Below are positions 31,290 to 40,325 of a DNA stretch of 64,000 nucleotides, one piece after another. The notes beneath the pieces were generated by a model. It saw only the letters and a list, made by a program, of their open reading frames with translations. It was not told where the DNA came from and made no database searches. Origin of the DNA: Pseudomonadota bacterium (GTDB lineage: Bacteria; Pseudomonadota; Gammaproteobacteria; Burkholderiales; Methylophilaceae); assembly GCA_027621535.1 (NCBI GenBank), contig JAQCBB010000001.1:4552-68551 (forward strand), in the 5' to 3' direction. Within the stretch, counting starts at the first letter, position 1. Each line of letters starts with the position of its first letter. The translations under genes were made by a program, and so were the position numbers.

Positions 31290-32394
31290 ATGGACTCAGA
31301 ACAACTTAAGCATCTCAAGCAATCTTTAACACACATTAGCGATCGATTCTCTGCTTTGCGGAGCTATCTTTGACTTAGATCAAAAAAAAGATCAACTCAA
31401 AGCATTAGCTTTCCAACAAGAGGATCCGAAAATTTGGGAGGATAATGCGCTTAGCCAAAAAATTGGCAAGGAAAAAAGAATTCTTGAAGACACCATTCAG
31501 GAATTTGAAAATTTAGATACAGCCATTGAAAATAATCAAGAATTGCTCGAATTAGCAGAAGCTGAGGATGACGATGCCACATTGCAAGACCTTTTTCAGG
31601 ATACGGCCAAGCTTGAGCGGCAATTAAATCAACTGGAATTTAAACGAATGTTTTCCAATCCGCTCGATCCAAACAATTGTTTTATTGATTTTCAGTCGGG
31701 CAGTGGCGGGACCGAAGCGCAAGATTGGGCGAACATGTTGCTGCGTATGTATCTTCGATACAGCGAAGAAAAAGGCTTTAAGGTAGAGGTGATGGAAATC
31801 ACCGAAGGTGAGGTGGCGGGCATTAAAGGAGCAACTATTAAGGTTGTGGGCGATTACGCTTACGGCTACTTTCGTACAGAAACCGGCATACATCGATTGG
31901 TGAGGAAATCTCCCTTTGATTCTGGAAGTCGGAGACACACCTCCTTTGCAGGGGTGAATGTTTATCCTGAAATCGACGAATCGGTTGACATTGACATCAA
32001 TCCTGCCGACCTAAGGATTGACACTTACCGTGCATCTGGGGCAGGCGGACAACATATCAACAAAACAGATTCTGCTGTTAGAATTACACATGAGCCCAGT
32101 GGGGTCGTGGTTCAATGTCAAAATGATCGATCCCAGCATAGAAACAAAGCACAAGCAATGGATATGCTGAAAGCTCAGCTTTATCGCATTGAGATGGATA
32201 AACGTAATCAGGAAAAAAAAGCACTTGAGGATGCCAAGTCGGATATTGGCTGGGGTCATCAAATTCGCAGCTATGTCCTAGATCAATCGAGAATTAAAGA
32301 TTTACGCACGGGCGTTGAGGTTGGAAATACACAGGGGGTTTTGGATGGGAATCTGGATCCTTTTATAATAGAGAGTTTAAAACAAGGGGTATAA
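31290..32394 (+). CDS. prfB: Peptide chain release factor 2 (requires programmed +1 frameshift at 31371)
   Basis: ORF0 (31290-31370) encodes [27 protein letters not shown] and ends at an in-frame TGA at 31371-31373. The +1 frame continues from GAC 31372 ([24 protein letters not shown]...) into the ORF-track entry 31543..32394, which carries SPF and GGQ ([11 protein letters not shown]). Confidence 0.93.
31359..31374 (+). other. prfB recoding site: SD-like GGAG followed by CUU UGA C
   Basis: The sequence CGG AGC TAT CTT TGA C can be compared with the E. coli site AGG GGG TAT CTT TGA C. Confidence 0.9.
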
Positions 32395-32395
32395 G

Positions 32396-33907
32396 TTGGA
32401 AAATAATGACGTGCAATCGGTAGATGAAAATACCATAATCCAGGAAAGACGTTCCAAGCTGAATGATTTAAGAAAAGAGGGTGTTGCCTTTCCAAATCAT
32501 TTCAAGCCAGAACATTTGGCGCACAACTTACATGAGGAATTTGATTCAATCGACAAGCCTGAGCTCGAAGAAAAAAATAGGCATGTCATTGTGGCTGGGC
32601 GGATGATGCTCAAGCGCGTCATGGGTAAAGCCAGTTTTGCCACAATTCAGGATGGCTCTGGACGGATTCAACTGTATGTTACTCGTGATTTTATTAATAC
32701 AGATGATCAGCCAGAACTGTATTCGGCCTTTAAAAAATGGGACATGGGTGACATCATTGGCGCCAAAGGTAAATTATTTAAAACCAACACCAATGAATTA
32801 ACCATTGAAGTGACCGAGATTCTTCTGTTAACCAAATCTTTACGCCCCCTTCCCGAAAAATTTCATGGGCTGCAAGACCAGGAAATGAAATATCGACAGC
32901 GTTACCTTGACCTCATGGTCAATCAAGACACCAAGGCCACCTTTTTGACGCGATCAAAGGCGATGCAGGCGATTCGAGAATTTATGGGGAAAAATCAATT
33001 TTTAGAAGTTGAGACACCCATGCTCCATCCGATCCCAGGAGGAGCGAGTGCAAAACCATTTAAAACCCATCACAATGCTTTGGATATGGAAATGTTTTTA
33101 CGCATCGCCCCTGAGCTCTATCTGAAGCGACTCGTGGTGGGGGGATTTGATCGTGTGTTTGAGATCAATCGAAATTTTAGAAATGAGGGTTTGAGTGTCA
33201 GGCATAATCCAGAATTCACCATGATGGAGTTTTATGCCGCCTATACCGATTATCAATGGCTGATGACTTTTACCGAGGAATGTATTCGTGCATGCATTAG
33301 TGGATGTGGGCAAAATCTCAAATTAATCTACCAAGGTAAAGACATTGATTTTTCACAACCGTTTGAGCGTTTAACCTTGGTCGAGGCGATTAAAAAATAC
33401 AACTCCCAATTTAAGACAGAGGATTTAAATGATGCGGCGTTTTTAACTAAGGAAGTCCAACGTTTAGGCGAAGAACTTCCTCCGAATCCATCGCTGGGTT
33501 CTTTACAATTGGCTCTATTTGAAGCCGTGGCTGAAAAACATTTATGGAATCCAACCTATATCATCGATTACCCTATTGAAGTATCGCCGCTTGCGCGAGC
33601 CTCTGGTCAGGATCCAAGTATTACCGAGCGTTTTGAGTTATTTATTGCCGGTCGAGAAATTGCTAATGGGTTTTCTGAGCTGAATGATCCTGAGGAGCAG
33701 GCCCTTCGATTTAAAAAGCAGGTTGAGCAAAAAGAAGCGGGCGATGATGAAGCGATGTATTACGACGCTGACTTTATTCGCGCGCTTGAGTATGGGATGC
33801 CGCCAACCGGGGGGTGTGGGATCGGCATAGATCGCTTAATCATGTTGATTACCGATAAATCCAGTATTCGTGATGTGATTTTATTTCCCCACATGAGGCC
33901 AGAGTAA
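32396..33907 (+). CDS. lysS: Lysine--tRNA ligase (class II)
   Basis: The 503-aa product has an OB-fold N-domain and class II motifs ([23 protein letters not shown]). TTG start 1 nt after the prfB stop. The prfB-lysS order matches E. coli. Confidence 0.95.
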   Translation: MENNDVQSVDENTIIQERRSKLNDLRKEGVAFPNHFKPEHLAHNLHEEFDSIDKPELEEKNRHVIVAGRMMLKRVMGKASFATIQDGSGRIQLYVTRDFINTDDQPELYSAFKKWDMGDIIGAKGKLFKTNTNELTIEVTEILLLTKSLRPLPEKFHGLQDQEMKYRQRYLDLMVNQDTKATFLTRSKAMQAIREFMGKNQFLEVETPMLHPIPGGASAKPFKTHHNALDMEMFLRIAPELYLKRLVVGGFDRVFEINRNFRNEGLSVRHNPEFTMMEFYAAYTDYQWLMTFTEECIRACISGCGQNLKLIYQGKDIDFSQPFERLTLVEAIKKYNSQFKTEDLNDAAFLTKEVQRLGEELPPNPSLGSLQLALFEAVAEKHLWNPTYIIDYPIEVSPLARASGQDPSITERFELFIAGREIANGFSELNDPEEQALRFKKQVEQKEAGDDEAMYYDADFIRALEYGMPPTGGCGIGIDRLIMLITDKSSIRDVILFPHMRPE

Positions 33908-33908
33908 T

Positions 33909-34532
33909 ATGTACCTGCATCCTGAAATTGACCGCGATCAAATGACACCGAAACAAGCCCTTGAAATTCTGCAACAGGGCAACCAGCGTTTTCAGAATAA
34001 TGTAAAGCGTCAGCATGATATGTTAACTGTGAGGGACGAGCTGAAAGATAAGCAACATCCGTTTGCCTCCATCTTAAGTTGTAGCGACTCGAGGACCACG
34101 GTCGAGCTAATTTTTGATCAAAACTTAGGCGATATTTTTTCCGTAAGATTAGCCGGCAATGTCGCCTCAACGCATGCCATCGGTAGCCTAGAATTTTCTA
34201 CTCAATATTTGGGCTCGAAATTGGTGGTGGTCATGGGGCACACCAACTGTGGAGCGGTGAAAGCCGCCTGCGATGATTTTAAAGGCGGGAATATTGGTGA
34301 GATCATTAAAATGATCGACCCCGCGGTTGAGCAGGAACAAACCATCCAAGATCATCGTGATTCTCTAAATACCGCCTTCGTTGAAAAGGTCTGTTGGCAT
34401 AACGTTCATGAACAAATCGACAACATCCGAGCAAATAGCCAGAGCATTATTGACCTAGAAAAGAACAATCAAATTGCGATCGTCGCTGCAGTGTATGACC
34501 TCGCTTCCGGTGCGGTTCAATTTGATGTGTAA
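33909..34532 (+). CDS. Beta-class carbonic anhydrase
   Basis: The product has CSDSR and HTNCGAV zinc-ligand motifs and is 207 aa. Confidence 0.85.
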   Translation: MYLHPEIDRDQMTPKQALEILQQGNQRFQNNVKRQHDMLTVRDELKDKQHPFASILSCSDSRTTVELIFDQNLGDIFSVRLAGNVASTHAIGSLEFSTQYLGSKLVVVMGHTNCGAVKAACDDFKGGNIGEIIKMIDPAVEQEQTIQDHRDSLNTAFVEKVCWHNVHEQIDNIRANSQSIIDLEKNNQIAIVAAVYDLASGAVQFDV

Positions 34533-34537
34533 ATTGT

Positions 34538-34561
34538 TAATGTTGTAAAAAAACAACATTA
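34538..34561 (+). terminator. Weak AT-rich hairpin after the carbonic anhydrase gene
   Basis: TAATGTTGT (34538-34546) pairs with ACAACATTA (34553-34561) around an A6 loop. There is no clear U-tract, so terminator function is uncertain. Confidence 0.3.
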
Positions 34562-34599
34562 TTCAATTCAGACTTAAAAATAAGTCACAACATCCCAAT

Positions 34600-34633
34600 T
34601 TGTCACAAAAGTGTCACATTCTCTTCCTAAAAT
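34600..34633 (+). promoter_or_regulatory. Pho box plus -10 hexamer upstream of the OprO/P-type porin gene
   Basis: TTGTCAC-AAAA-GTGTCAC (34600-34617), then 10 nt, then TAAAAT (34628-34633). The geometry is the same as at pstS. Confidence 0.6.
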
Positions 34634-34690
34634 GGTAACAGCTAAATTATTGAATTTGATAATTTATTTTTATTAATTAGGAGATGACTA

Positions 34691-36280
34691 ATGAACAAGA
34701 AGATTATTTCTGGTGCGGTTTCCGCAGCGGTTTTATCCATGTCGGGTGTGGTATTTGCGGACACGACAGAAGACTTAGTTAATGCGCTGGTCACCAAAGG
34801 TGTATTAACAGAAGAAGAAGGCAGCTTGCTTTCAAAAGGACACGATAAGGTTAAAAAGAAAACCCCTAAGCTTGAAAGCAAAGGTGGTAAATTCATCATG
34901 AAAAGTGCTGATGAAAGAAATGAGCTTGCTATAACAGGCCGTATGCACTTTGATTACCGAAATTCAGATTTAGATGATAGTGATTTTGGTACTGGCTCTA
35001 CCGCTGATGATTATGATATTGACGGTAAATCTACATCACCTTCAGAATTTGAAATGCGCCGTGCTCGTATTGGTATTAAAGGTAAATTAGACAAAGTTTG
35101 GAAATACGATGTTGTCTTGAATGCTAACGGTAAGTCCGGTAAGCATCTGGATACAGCATCTCTTACGTTTGCAGCAATGAAGCCTTTTCAAATCCAAGCT
35201 GGACGTTTTAAACAAGCGTTTAACCTTGAAGGCTTAACCAGCTCAAACGACATTGATTTTAATGAACGTTCATTTTTGAACCAAATATCACCGCATAAAA
35301 AATTAGGTATTGCATTTAAAGGTACACCTACCAAAGGCATGAATTATGCTTTGACAAAGTATCAAGAGGGTTACAGTAACGACACAATGGAAAATGAAAA
35401 CAACTATTCTGGTCGTTTAACCATGAACTTCGCGGAAGCACAAAAAATTAAAGGTAAAATCTTCCATGTGGGTATCGCCGGCTTTACTGAAGATTATGCG
35501 CAAAGACCGAGCACATCCAGTAATGGACCTGGCTCAACCACCGCAACAACTCACTCAAGATTATTCAACTTCAAGAGTGCGGGCCGTGGGTATTCACCTT
35601 TAGCTGCTTTAGATGTTCAAGGCGAATATTTAACAGGTGGAGGTGCGAGTGAGAAAGGTAAAACTGCTGTCCAACATGATAACCGCTTTGCGGCTTTAGA
35701 AGGTATCTTTGCTACAGGCCCATTTAAACTTCAAGCTGAATATGGTACAGGTAAATTTGAAGGTAAAAATGAAGTTGAAGGTAATATGGCTGAGGCTGAT
35801 GTGACAACTGGTTATGTTACCGCATCATATTTATTAACTGGGGAAAGCTACGCTAATTCTTACAAAGGCGGCAAGATGGGGGGCATTAAAATTAAAAACC
35901 CATTTGACTTTGAAAAAGGTACCGGTAAAGGTGCTTTCGAAATTGGCGCGAGATACGAGTATCTTGGTGTCGATGATGCTACAATCCAAAATGCAACTAA
36001 TTATGATGAAAATCGAGCCCGTGGTGCATGGGATTGTGGAACCACATCGGATACCTACAAAACCTCCTCCACCACCTCCAACCCATTATCTGGTTGTGAT
36101 GTTAGCGTGCATCAATACACGGTGGGTCTAAAGTGGATTGCAAACCCGAATGTGTTAGCTAAGGTGTCATTAACCTATTCGGACTATGGTCACGATGTGA
36201 TCGCTCCAGATTTTAGTGATGCGACAAATACGTTTGACTCAGAAACCATGCTGCAAACTCGTGTTCAGTGGATGTTCTAA
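34691..36280 (+). CDS. Phosphate/polyphosphate-selective porin, OprO/OprP family
   Basis: The product has a signal peptide (SGVVFA/D), a beta-barrel-like alternating pattern and a C-terminal aromatic residue (WMF). FEMRRARIGIKGKL is the Porin_O_P block. A Pho box lies upstream. The product is 529 aa. Confidence 0.8.
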   Translation: MNKKIISGAVSAAVLSMSGVVFADTTEDLVNALVTKGVLTEEEGSLLSKGHDKVKKKTPKLESKGGKFIMKSADERNELAITGRMHFDYRNSDLDDSDFGTGSTADDYDIDGKSTSPSEFEMRRARIGIKGKLDKVWKYDVVLNANGKSGKHLDTASLTFAAMKPFQIQAGRFKQAFNLEGLTSSNDIDFNERSFLNQISPHKKLGIAFKGTPTKGMNYALTKYQEGYSNDTMENENNYSGRLTMNFAEAQKIKGKIFHVGIAGFTEDYAQRPSTSSNGPGSTTATTHSRLFNFKSAGRGYSPLAALDVQGEYLTGGGASEKGKTAVQHDNRFAALEGIFATGPFKLQAEYGTGKFEGKNEVEGNMAEADVTTGYVTASYLLTGESYANSYKGGKMGGIKIKNPFDFEKGTGKGAFEIGARYEYLGVDDATIQNATNYDENRARGAWDCGTTSDTYKTSSTTSNPLSGCDVSVHQYTVGLKWIANPNVLAKVSLTYSDYGHDVIAPDFSDATNTFDSETMLQTRVQWMF

Positions 36281-36318
36281 TCCATCTGAAGACTTAATAA
36301 AAATCTCCTAATTTTTAG

Positions 36319-36350
36319 AGACCCGTTTTTATAGCGGGTCTTTTTTTTTT
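36319..36350. terminator. Rho-independent terminator shared by the convergent porin and tadA genes
   Basis: AGACCCG (36319-36325) pairs with CGGGTCT (36335-36341) and is followed by T10. The T-run overlaps the tadA stop codon. Confidence 0.7.
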
Positions 36351-36798
36351 ATCGTTTATGTTTAAAATAATTACTCAGTAATTCAGCGCATTCTTGTTCT
36401 AAGATCCCACCTTGGGCGGTGGTGTGGTGATTGATTATTCTATTATTGATTAAGGACTGATTGGGGTCACAGCTGTGAAATTTTGGGTCATAAGCCCCAA
36501 AAAAAACGTGCTTCACTCGGGCATGAAAAATCGCACCTAGGCACATGATACAGGGCTCTAAAGTGACATATAGGCTCACTTCAGGCAGGCGGTAATTGGC
36601 TAACTGTTTTGCGGCATCCCTGAGCGCCACAATTTCTGCATGCTGGGTGGGATCCGATGTTTTAATCACGGAATTGTATCCCCGACCAATGACCTTATCA
36701 TTTAATGTGACTATGGCGCCGATCGGGACTTCGTCCTCCTCGAGTGCGCATTTCGCCTCTAAGAGCGCTTGGTGCATAAATTGAATGTGATCTGGCAT
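36349..36798 (-). CDS. tadA: tRNA adenosine(34) deaminase
   Basis: The product has the CDA zinc motifs HAEIVALR and PCIMCLGAI and is 149 aa. Confidence 0.9.
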   Translation of the reverse strand: MPDHIQFMHQALLEAKCALEEDEVPIGAIVTLNDKVIGRGYNSVIKTSDPTQHAEIVALRDAAKQLANYRLPEVSLYVTLEPCIMCLGAIFHARVKHVFFGAYDPKFHSCDPNQSLINNRIINHHTTAQGGILEQECAELLSNYFKHKR

Positions 36799-36869
36799 AA
36801 AATGTTTGAATTAATTTTTTTAATTTTAATCATAATAACTGTTTATCATATGTGTAAGGAGTAAAAACC

Positions 36870-37436
36870 GTGAAAAAAATCATTTTTTTGTTGCTGTTAA
36901 TAACATCATTTGCCCAGGCAGAATCTGGCCGCTATACCGTTGACCCGGAGCACAGCTTTGCCAATTGGAAAATTCGCCACGTGGTCTCGAAAACCTCAGG
37001 AACGATTCCCGACATGACCGGTGAGATGCTGATTAATTTAGACGACATGAGCCAATCCAAGATTCATGTGGACATGAGTTTATTGAAGATTAACAGTGAC
37101 CATAAAAAGCGGGATGACCACATTCAGGAAAAAAAGTTTTTAAATACCGCCCTTCATCCAAAGATTCACTTCAAAAGCACGCAGATTACCATGCAGGATA
37201 ATCAGAGCGGGGTCGTAACGGGAGTGCTCTCAATGGGTGGCGTTGAAAAAACGCTCGCCATTCCGTTTACCTTACTTGGCTTTGGTGCCGATCCCTGGGG
37301 CGGTTACCGCGTGGGTCTGGAAGGTAATATTGATGTAAAGGCCTCTGATTTTGGCTACACCTGGGGGATGAAAGAGAACAGCTCATTAGGTGATAAAATT
37401 GAGGTGAACTTACTGGTTGAAGGAATCAAACAATAA
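36870..37436 (+). CDS. YceI-family periplasmic polyisoprenoid-binding protein
   Basis: The product has a signal peptide (SFAQA/E) and YTVDPEHSFANWKIRHVVSKTSGTI. GTG start. Confidence 0.85.
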   Translation: MKKIIFLLLLITSFAQAESGRYTVDPEHSFANWKIRHVVSKTSGTIPDMTGEMLINLDDMSQSKIHVDMSLLKINSDHKKRDDHIQEKKFLNTALHPKIHFKSTQITMQDNQSGVVTGVLSMGGVEKTLAIPFTLLGFGADPWGGYRVGLEGNIDVKASDFGYTWGMKENSSLGDKIEVNLLVEGIKQ

Positions 37437-38018
37437 ATGCATAAAAAAGTTAACACCCAATTTCCAATTCATGACTTACTGGCCAGTCGTTGGAGTCCTC
37501 GATCTTTTGACCCTGAGTATATTCTTGACGATCAACAGATTAGCACCCTAATGGAAGCGGCCCGATGGGCGCCTTCATGCAGAGGCGAACAGCCTTGGAA
37601 ATTTATTTTATTTAATAAAAGTGATGCGACTATGTTTAGCCAGGCTTTGAATTGTTTGTCGGTCTCCAACCAGGACTGGGCGATGGATGCGGGGTTACTT
37701 GTTTTAACCTGCACGAATCGTTTTTATCGTCATAACCAACAAGAAAATGGTTATGCGCATTATGATTGTGGAGCGGCTGCCGAAAATATTTGCCTACAGG
37801 CAACCTCTATGCGGCTGGCAGCCCATCAGATGGGAGGTTTTAGTAAGGAAAAAGCTCGAGATTTAACGCAAGTTCCAAGTAATTATGATATTCTCTCGTT
37901 TATTGCCATTGGCAAGCCTTTGAGCTTAGGCGAAACACGAGACGAATTAAAAGAGAGGGAATCTGCTGAAAGAACTAGACTGCCTCTGGATGAAATTTAT
38001 AGTTTCAACAAATTTTAA
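37437..38018 (+). CDS. Nitroreductase-family oxidoreductase
   Basis: RWSPRSFDP...LMEAARWAPSCRGEQPWKFILF is the nitroreductase N-terminal block. Confidence 0.8.
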   Translation: MHKKVNTQFPIHDLLASRWSPRSFDPEYILDDQQISTLMEAARWAPSCRGEQPWKFILFNKSDATMFSQALNCLSVSNQDWAMDAGLLVLTCTNRFYRHNQQENGYAHYDCGAAAENICLQATSMRLAAHQMGGFSKEKARDLTQVPSNYDILSFIAIGKPLSLGETRDELKERESAERTRLPLDEIYSFNKF

Positions 38019-38042
38019 TACATTTTATTGATAGGAAATACG

Positions 38043-38420
38043 ATGGCAACAATACTAGAATTAACAAAAGATAACTTTAAACAAACGATCGAGAAAAACG
38101 CATTTGTCATCGTCGATTTTTGGGCTCCGTGGTGTGAGCCGTGCAAGGACTTTACGCCTGTGTTTGAAAAAGCTGCGGAAAATAATCCGGACATTATTTT
38201 TGGCATGGTCGACATAGAAAAATATCCAGAAATAGGAGAATATTTTGAAGTTGAAAAAATTCCTGGCCTATTAGTAGTGCGGGAAACAGCAGCGATACAT
38301 GCCCAAGTCGGTGAAATTGGCGCTCCTGCGTTTGATGAGATTATTAAGTGGGCACGAAATTACGACATGACTGCAGCGCGGGACTATATGGAAAAAAAAG
38401 AACGCGGTGAATTTAATTAA
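38043..38420 (+). CDS. Thioredoxin-family protein (WCEPC active site)
   Basis: The product has FWAPWCEPCKDF. I prefer ATG 38043 (SD AGGAAA) over the ORF-track TTG 38028. Confidence 0.8.
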   Translation: MATILELTKDNFKQTIEKNAFVIVDFWAPWCEPCKDFTPVFEKAAENNPDIIFGMVDIEKYPEIGEYFEVEKIPGLLVVRETAAIHAQVGEIGAPAFDEIIKWARNYDMTAARDYMEKKERGEFN

Positions 38421-39283
38421 GAGTTGCTTTTGAAATAATCCATGGGATTAACCGATAACCCTTTTTTGCGGATTTCAAAATGCAACATGATTTGTTCTTT
38501 GTCGGTTTGTCCCATGGTTGAAATAATGTCTCCCGCATTAATTTGCTGACCTTCTGTGACTAACAATTCCCGGTTATGACCATAGACGCTTAAGATGTCG
38601 TCATCGTGCTTAATAATCACAAGTTTTCCATAACCCTTTAAGTCTTCACCGGCATAAATCACCCGTCCTTTAGCAATGGATTTAATTTCTTGGCCTATGG
38701 TTCCTTGAATGCTGATGCCCTTCTTACCCTCTTCGGGATTAAAACTGTCTAATACTTCACCTTCGGTGGGCCAAATAAAACGATTGGATAATGACTCGGT
38801 ATTTTTTGCGATAATGTCTTTTGTTTTTTTAACTGATTTTGGGTTATAAGGTTCACGGGTGGCAATCGGTTCGTTAATTTTAACCGGTTCTCCAATTTCT
38901 TTTTGGGTCCGATTTTTTTTATCTTGAGTAACAATCTCATTTTCATCGTCGAGAACTTTTATTTCTACATTGTTTGCATCACTGGTTTTTGTTGAGCTTA
39001 CATTCTGATTTTTGTTGCGAAGTAAATCAAAACGTATGGCTTCACCTTCACTGATTTTGTATGGTTTTTTAATATTATTTGCAGCAGCGACTTCTCTGTA
39101 ATCAAAACCACATTTTGTGCTCAGACTAAAAATGGTATCGCCTTTGACCACTTTGTAGACATCAGGACATTTTTGAATTTTATTTTGCAAATTATCCACT
39201 TGCACCGTTTCAGGATGCTTGGATACGCAGCCTGAAACAATCAGGAATGCGATCAAGAGAATGTTGGTTTTAAAGGCGCTCAT
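38417..39283 (-). CDS. nlpD: LysM/M23 murein hydrolase activator lipoprotein NlpD
   Basis: The product has a lipobox (LIVSGC), a LysM domain (YKVVKGDTIFSLS) and a C-terminal M23 domain (GYGKLVIIKHDDDILSVYGHN). The surE-nlpD order is as in E. coli. Confidence 0.85.
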   Translation of the reverse strand: MSAFKTNILLIAFLIVSGCVSKHPETVQVDNLQNKIQKCPDVYKVVKGDTIFSLSTKCGFDYREVAAANNIKKPYKISEGEAIRFDLLRNKNQNVSSTKTSDANNVEIKVLDDENEIVTQDKKNRTQKEIGEPVKINEPIATREPYNPKSVKKTKDIIAKNTESLSNRFIWPTEGEVLDSFNPEEGKKGISIQGTIGQEIKSIAKGRVIYAGEDLKGYGKLVIIKHDDDILSVYGHNRELLVTEGQQINAGDIISTMGQTDKEQIMLHFEIRKKGLSVNPMDYFKSNS

Positions 39284-40014
39284 ATTAAATGTTGTTTTAA
39301 TAAATTAATTTTATTGTGATTGGTTAAGTCAGATATTATAGGGGAAATTGAAACACTTTGATTTTTGATTGCAAAAAAATCTGTGCCTTCACCCCCGTCG
39401 TTAGGTTCCCCTGCGGCTCCGACCCAATACATAATTTTATTATTCTGATTTGGATGATGAATGATGGGTTCCGCTTTATGTCTTTTTCCCAGGCGGGTAA
39501 TTTCAAAACTCCGGATGGCATCGTAAGGACAATCAGGCACATTAATATTCAGCAGGATGGATTGTTTCAAATTCATTACTTTGGGGATTAAATCTAAAGT
39601 TACTTGGCAAGCGGTGAGGTAATATTGCGGATCATACTGTGCCATAGAAATTGCCATTGAGGGAATATCGAGTAAATAACCTTCCATGGCAGCCGCTACA
39701 GTTCCAGAATAAATCGTATCATCTCCCATATTTGGACCGTCATTGATACCTGAAATCACCATATCAGGTTTGAATTTTAAGAAACCGGACAAGGCAATAT
39801 GAACACAATCGGTCGGTGTTCCATTGATGTAATATATATTTTTTTCAGCTTCGCTAATGGTTAAAGGATTTTTTAAGGTTAAAGAGCTGCTGGAGGCACT
39901 TTTATTTTCTTCAGGAGCAACGATAACGACATTGCCCATTTGTGCGAGAGATAAGGCAAGTTCACGGATTCCTGGCGCTTGATAACCATCGTCATTAGAA
40001 AGTAAAAAATTCAT
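39280..40014 (-). CDS. surE: 5'/3'-nucleotidase SurE
   Basis: The product has MNFLLSNDDGYQAPGI, GINDGPNMGDDTIYSGTVAAAMEG, and is 244 aa. Confidence 0.92.
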   Translation of the reverse strand: MNFLLSNDDGYQAPGIRELALSLAQMGNVVIVAPEENKSASSSSLTLKNPLTISEAEKNIYYINGTPTDCVHIALSGFLKFKPDMVISGINDGPNMGDDTIYSGTVAAAMEGYLLDIPSMAISMAQYDPQYYLTACQVTLDLIPKVMNLKQSILLNINVPDCPYDAIRSFEITRLGKRHKAEPIIHHPNQNNKIMYWVGAAGEPNDGGEGTDFFAIKNQSVSISPIISDLTNHNKINLLKQHLI

Positions 40015-40325
40015 TTTTTAAAAATGAATAGACTGGTTAGAAAAAAAATAAAAGTTAACAGCACTTCAATCAGAGCAAATAATTGACTCGGAAGTGGATC
40101 TGACCAAGCCCGCACCACACCTTCTATAAAAAACAGAATGATTATAAAATTGACCCATTCCAGCGTGTATAAATGTTTATACAATATTTTTTTTAAAGGG
40201 AGTAGCAGAATTAACGCCTTAATCACCAACCAAGAAGGATCGCCGGATAAGGTAAAAAATAATTCCCATAATAGCGTTATAAGAATCAGTAAAATATATG
40301 AGGTTTGGTTGATGATAAAAATCAT
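40011..40325 (-). CDS. Small membrane protein (DUF2069-like)
   Basis: The 104-aa product has 3-4 hydrophobic helices. The gene shares ATGA overlaps with both neighbours. The position after a WrbA-type gene matches DUF2069, but the family call is from memory. Confidence 0.5.
   Translation of the reverse strand: MIFIINQTSYILLILITLLWELFFTLSGDPSWLVIKALILLLPLKKILYKHLYTLEWVNFIIILFFIEGVVRAWSDPLPSQLFALIEVLLTFIFFLTSLFIFKK

Noticed and set aside
33760-34170. A 136-codon ORF antisense to the lysS 3' end and the carbonic anhydrase 5' end
   Set aside because: The Arg/Ser-rich product has no recognisable motif. It overlaps two confidently called genes on the other strand, so it is most likely a chance antisense ORF in a locally GC-richer stretch.
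34632-34676. A 14-codon mini-ORF (MVTAKLLNLIIYFY) in the porin leader, considered as a possible leader peptide
   Set aside because: Its ATG overlaps the predicted -10 hexamer, so it would lie upstream of or at the transcription start. It has no SD.
36806-36836. A candidate promoter for the YceI-family gene (TTGAAT ... CATAAT)
   Set aside because: The spacer would be 19 nt, and the alternative -10 hexamers are poor. This is not good enough to report as a feature.
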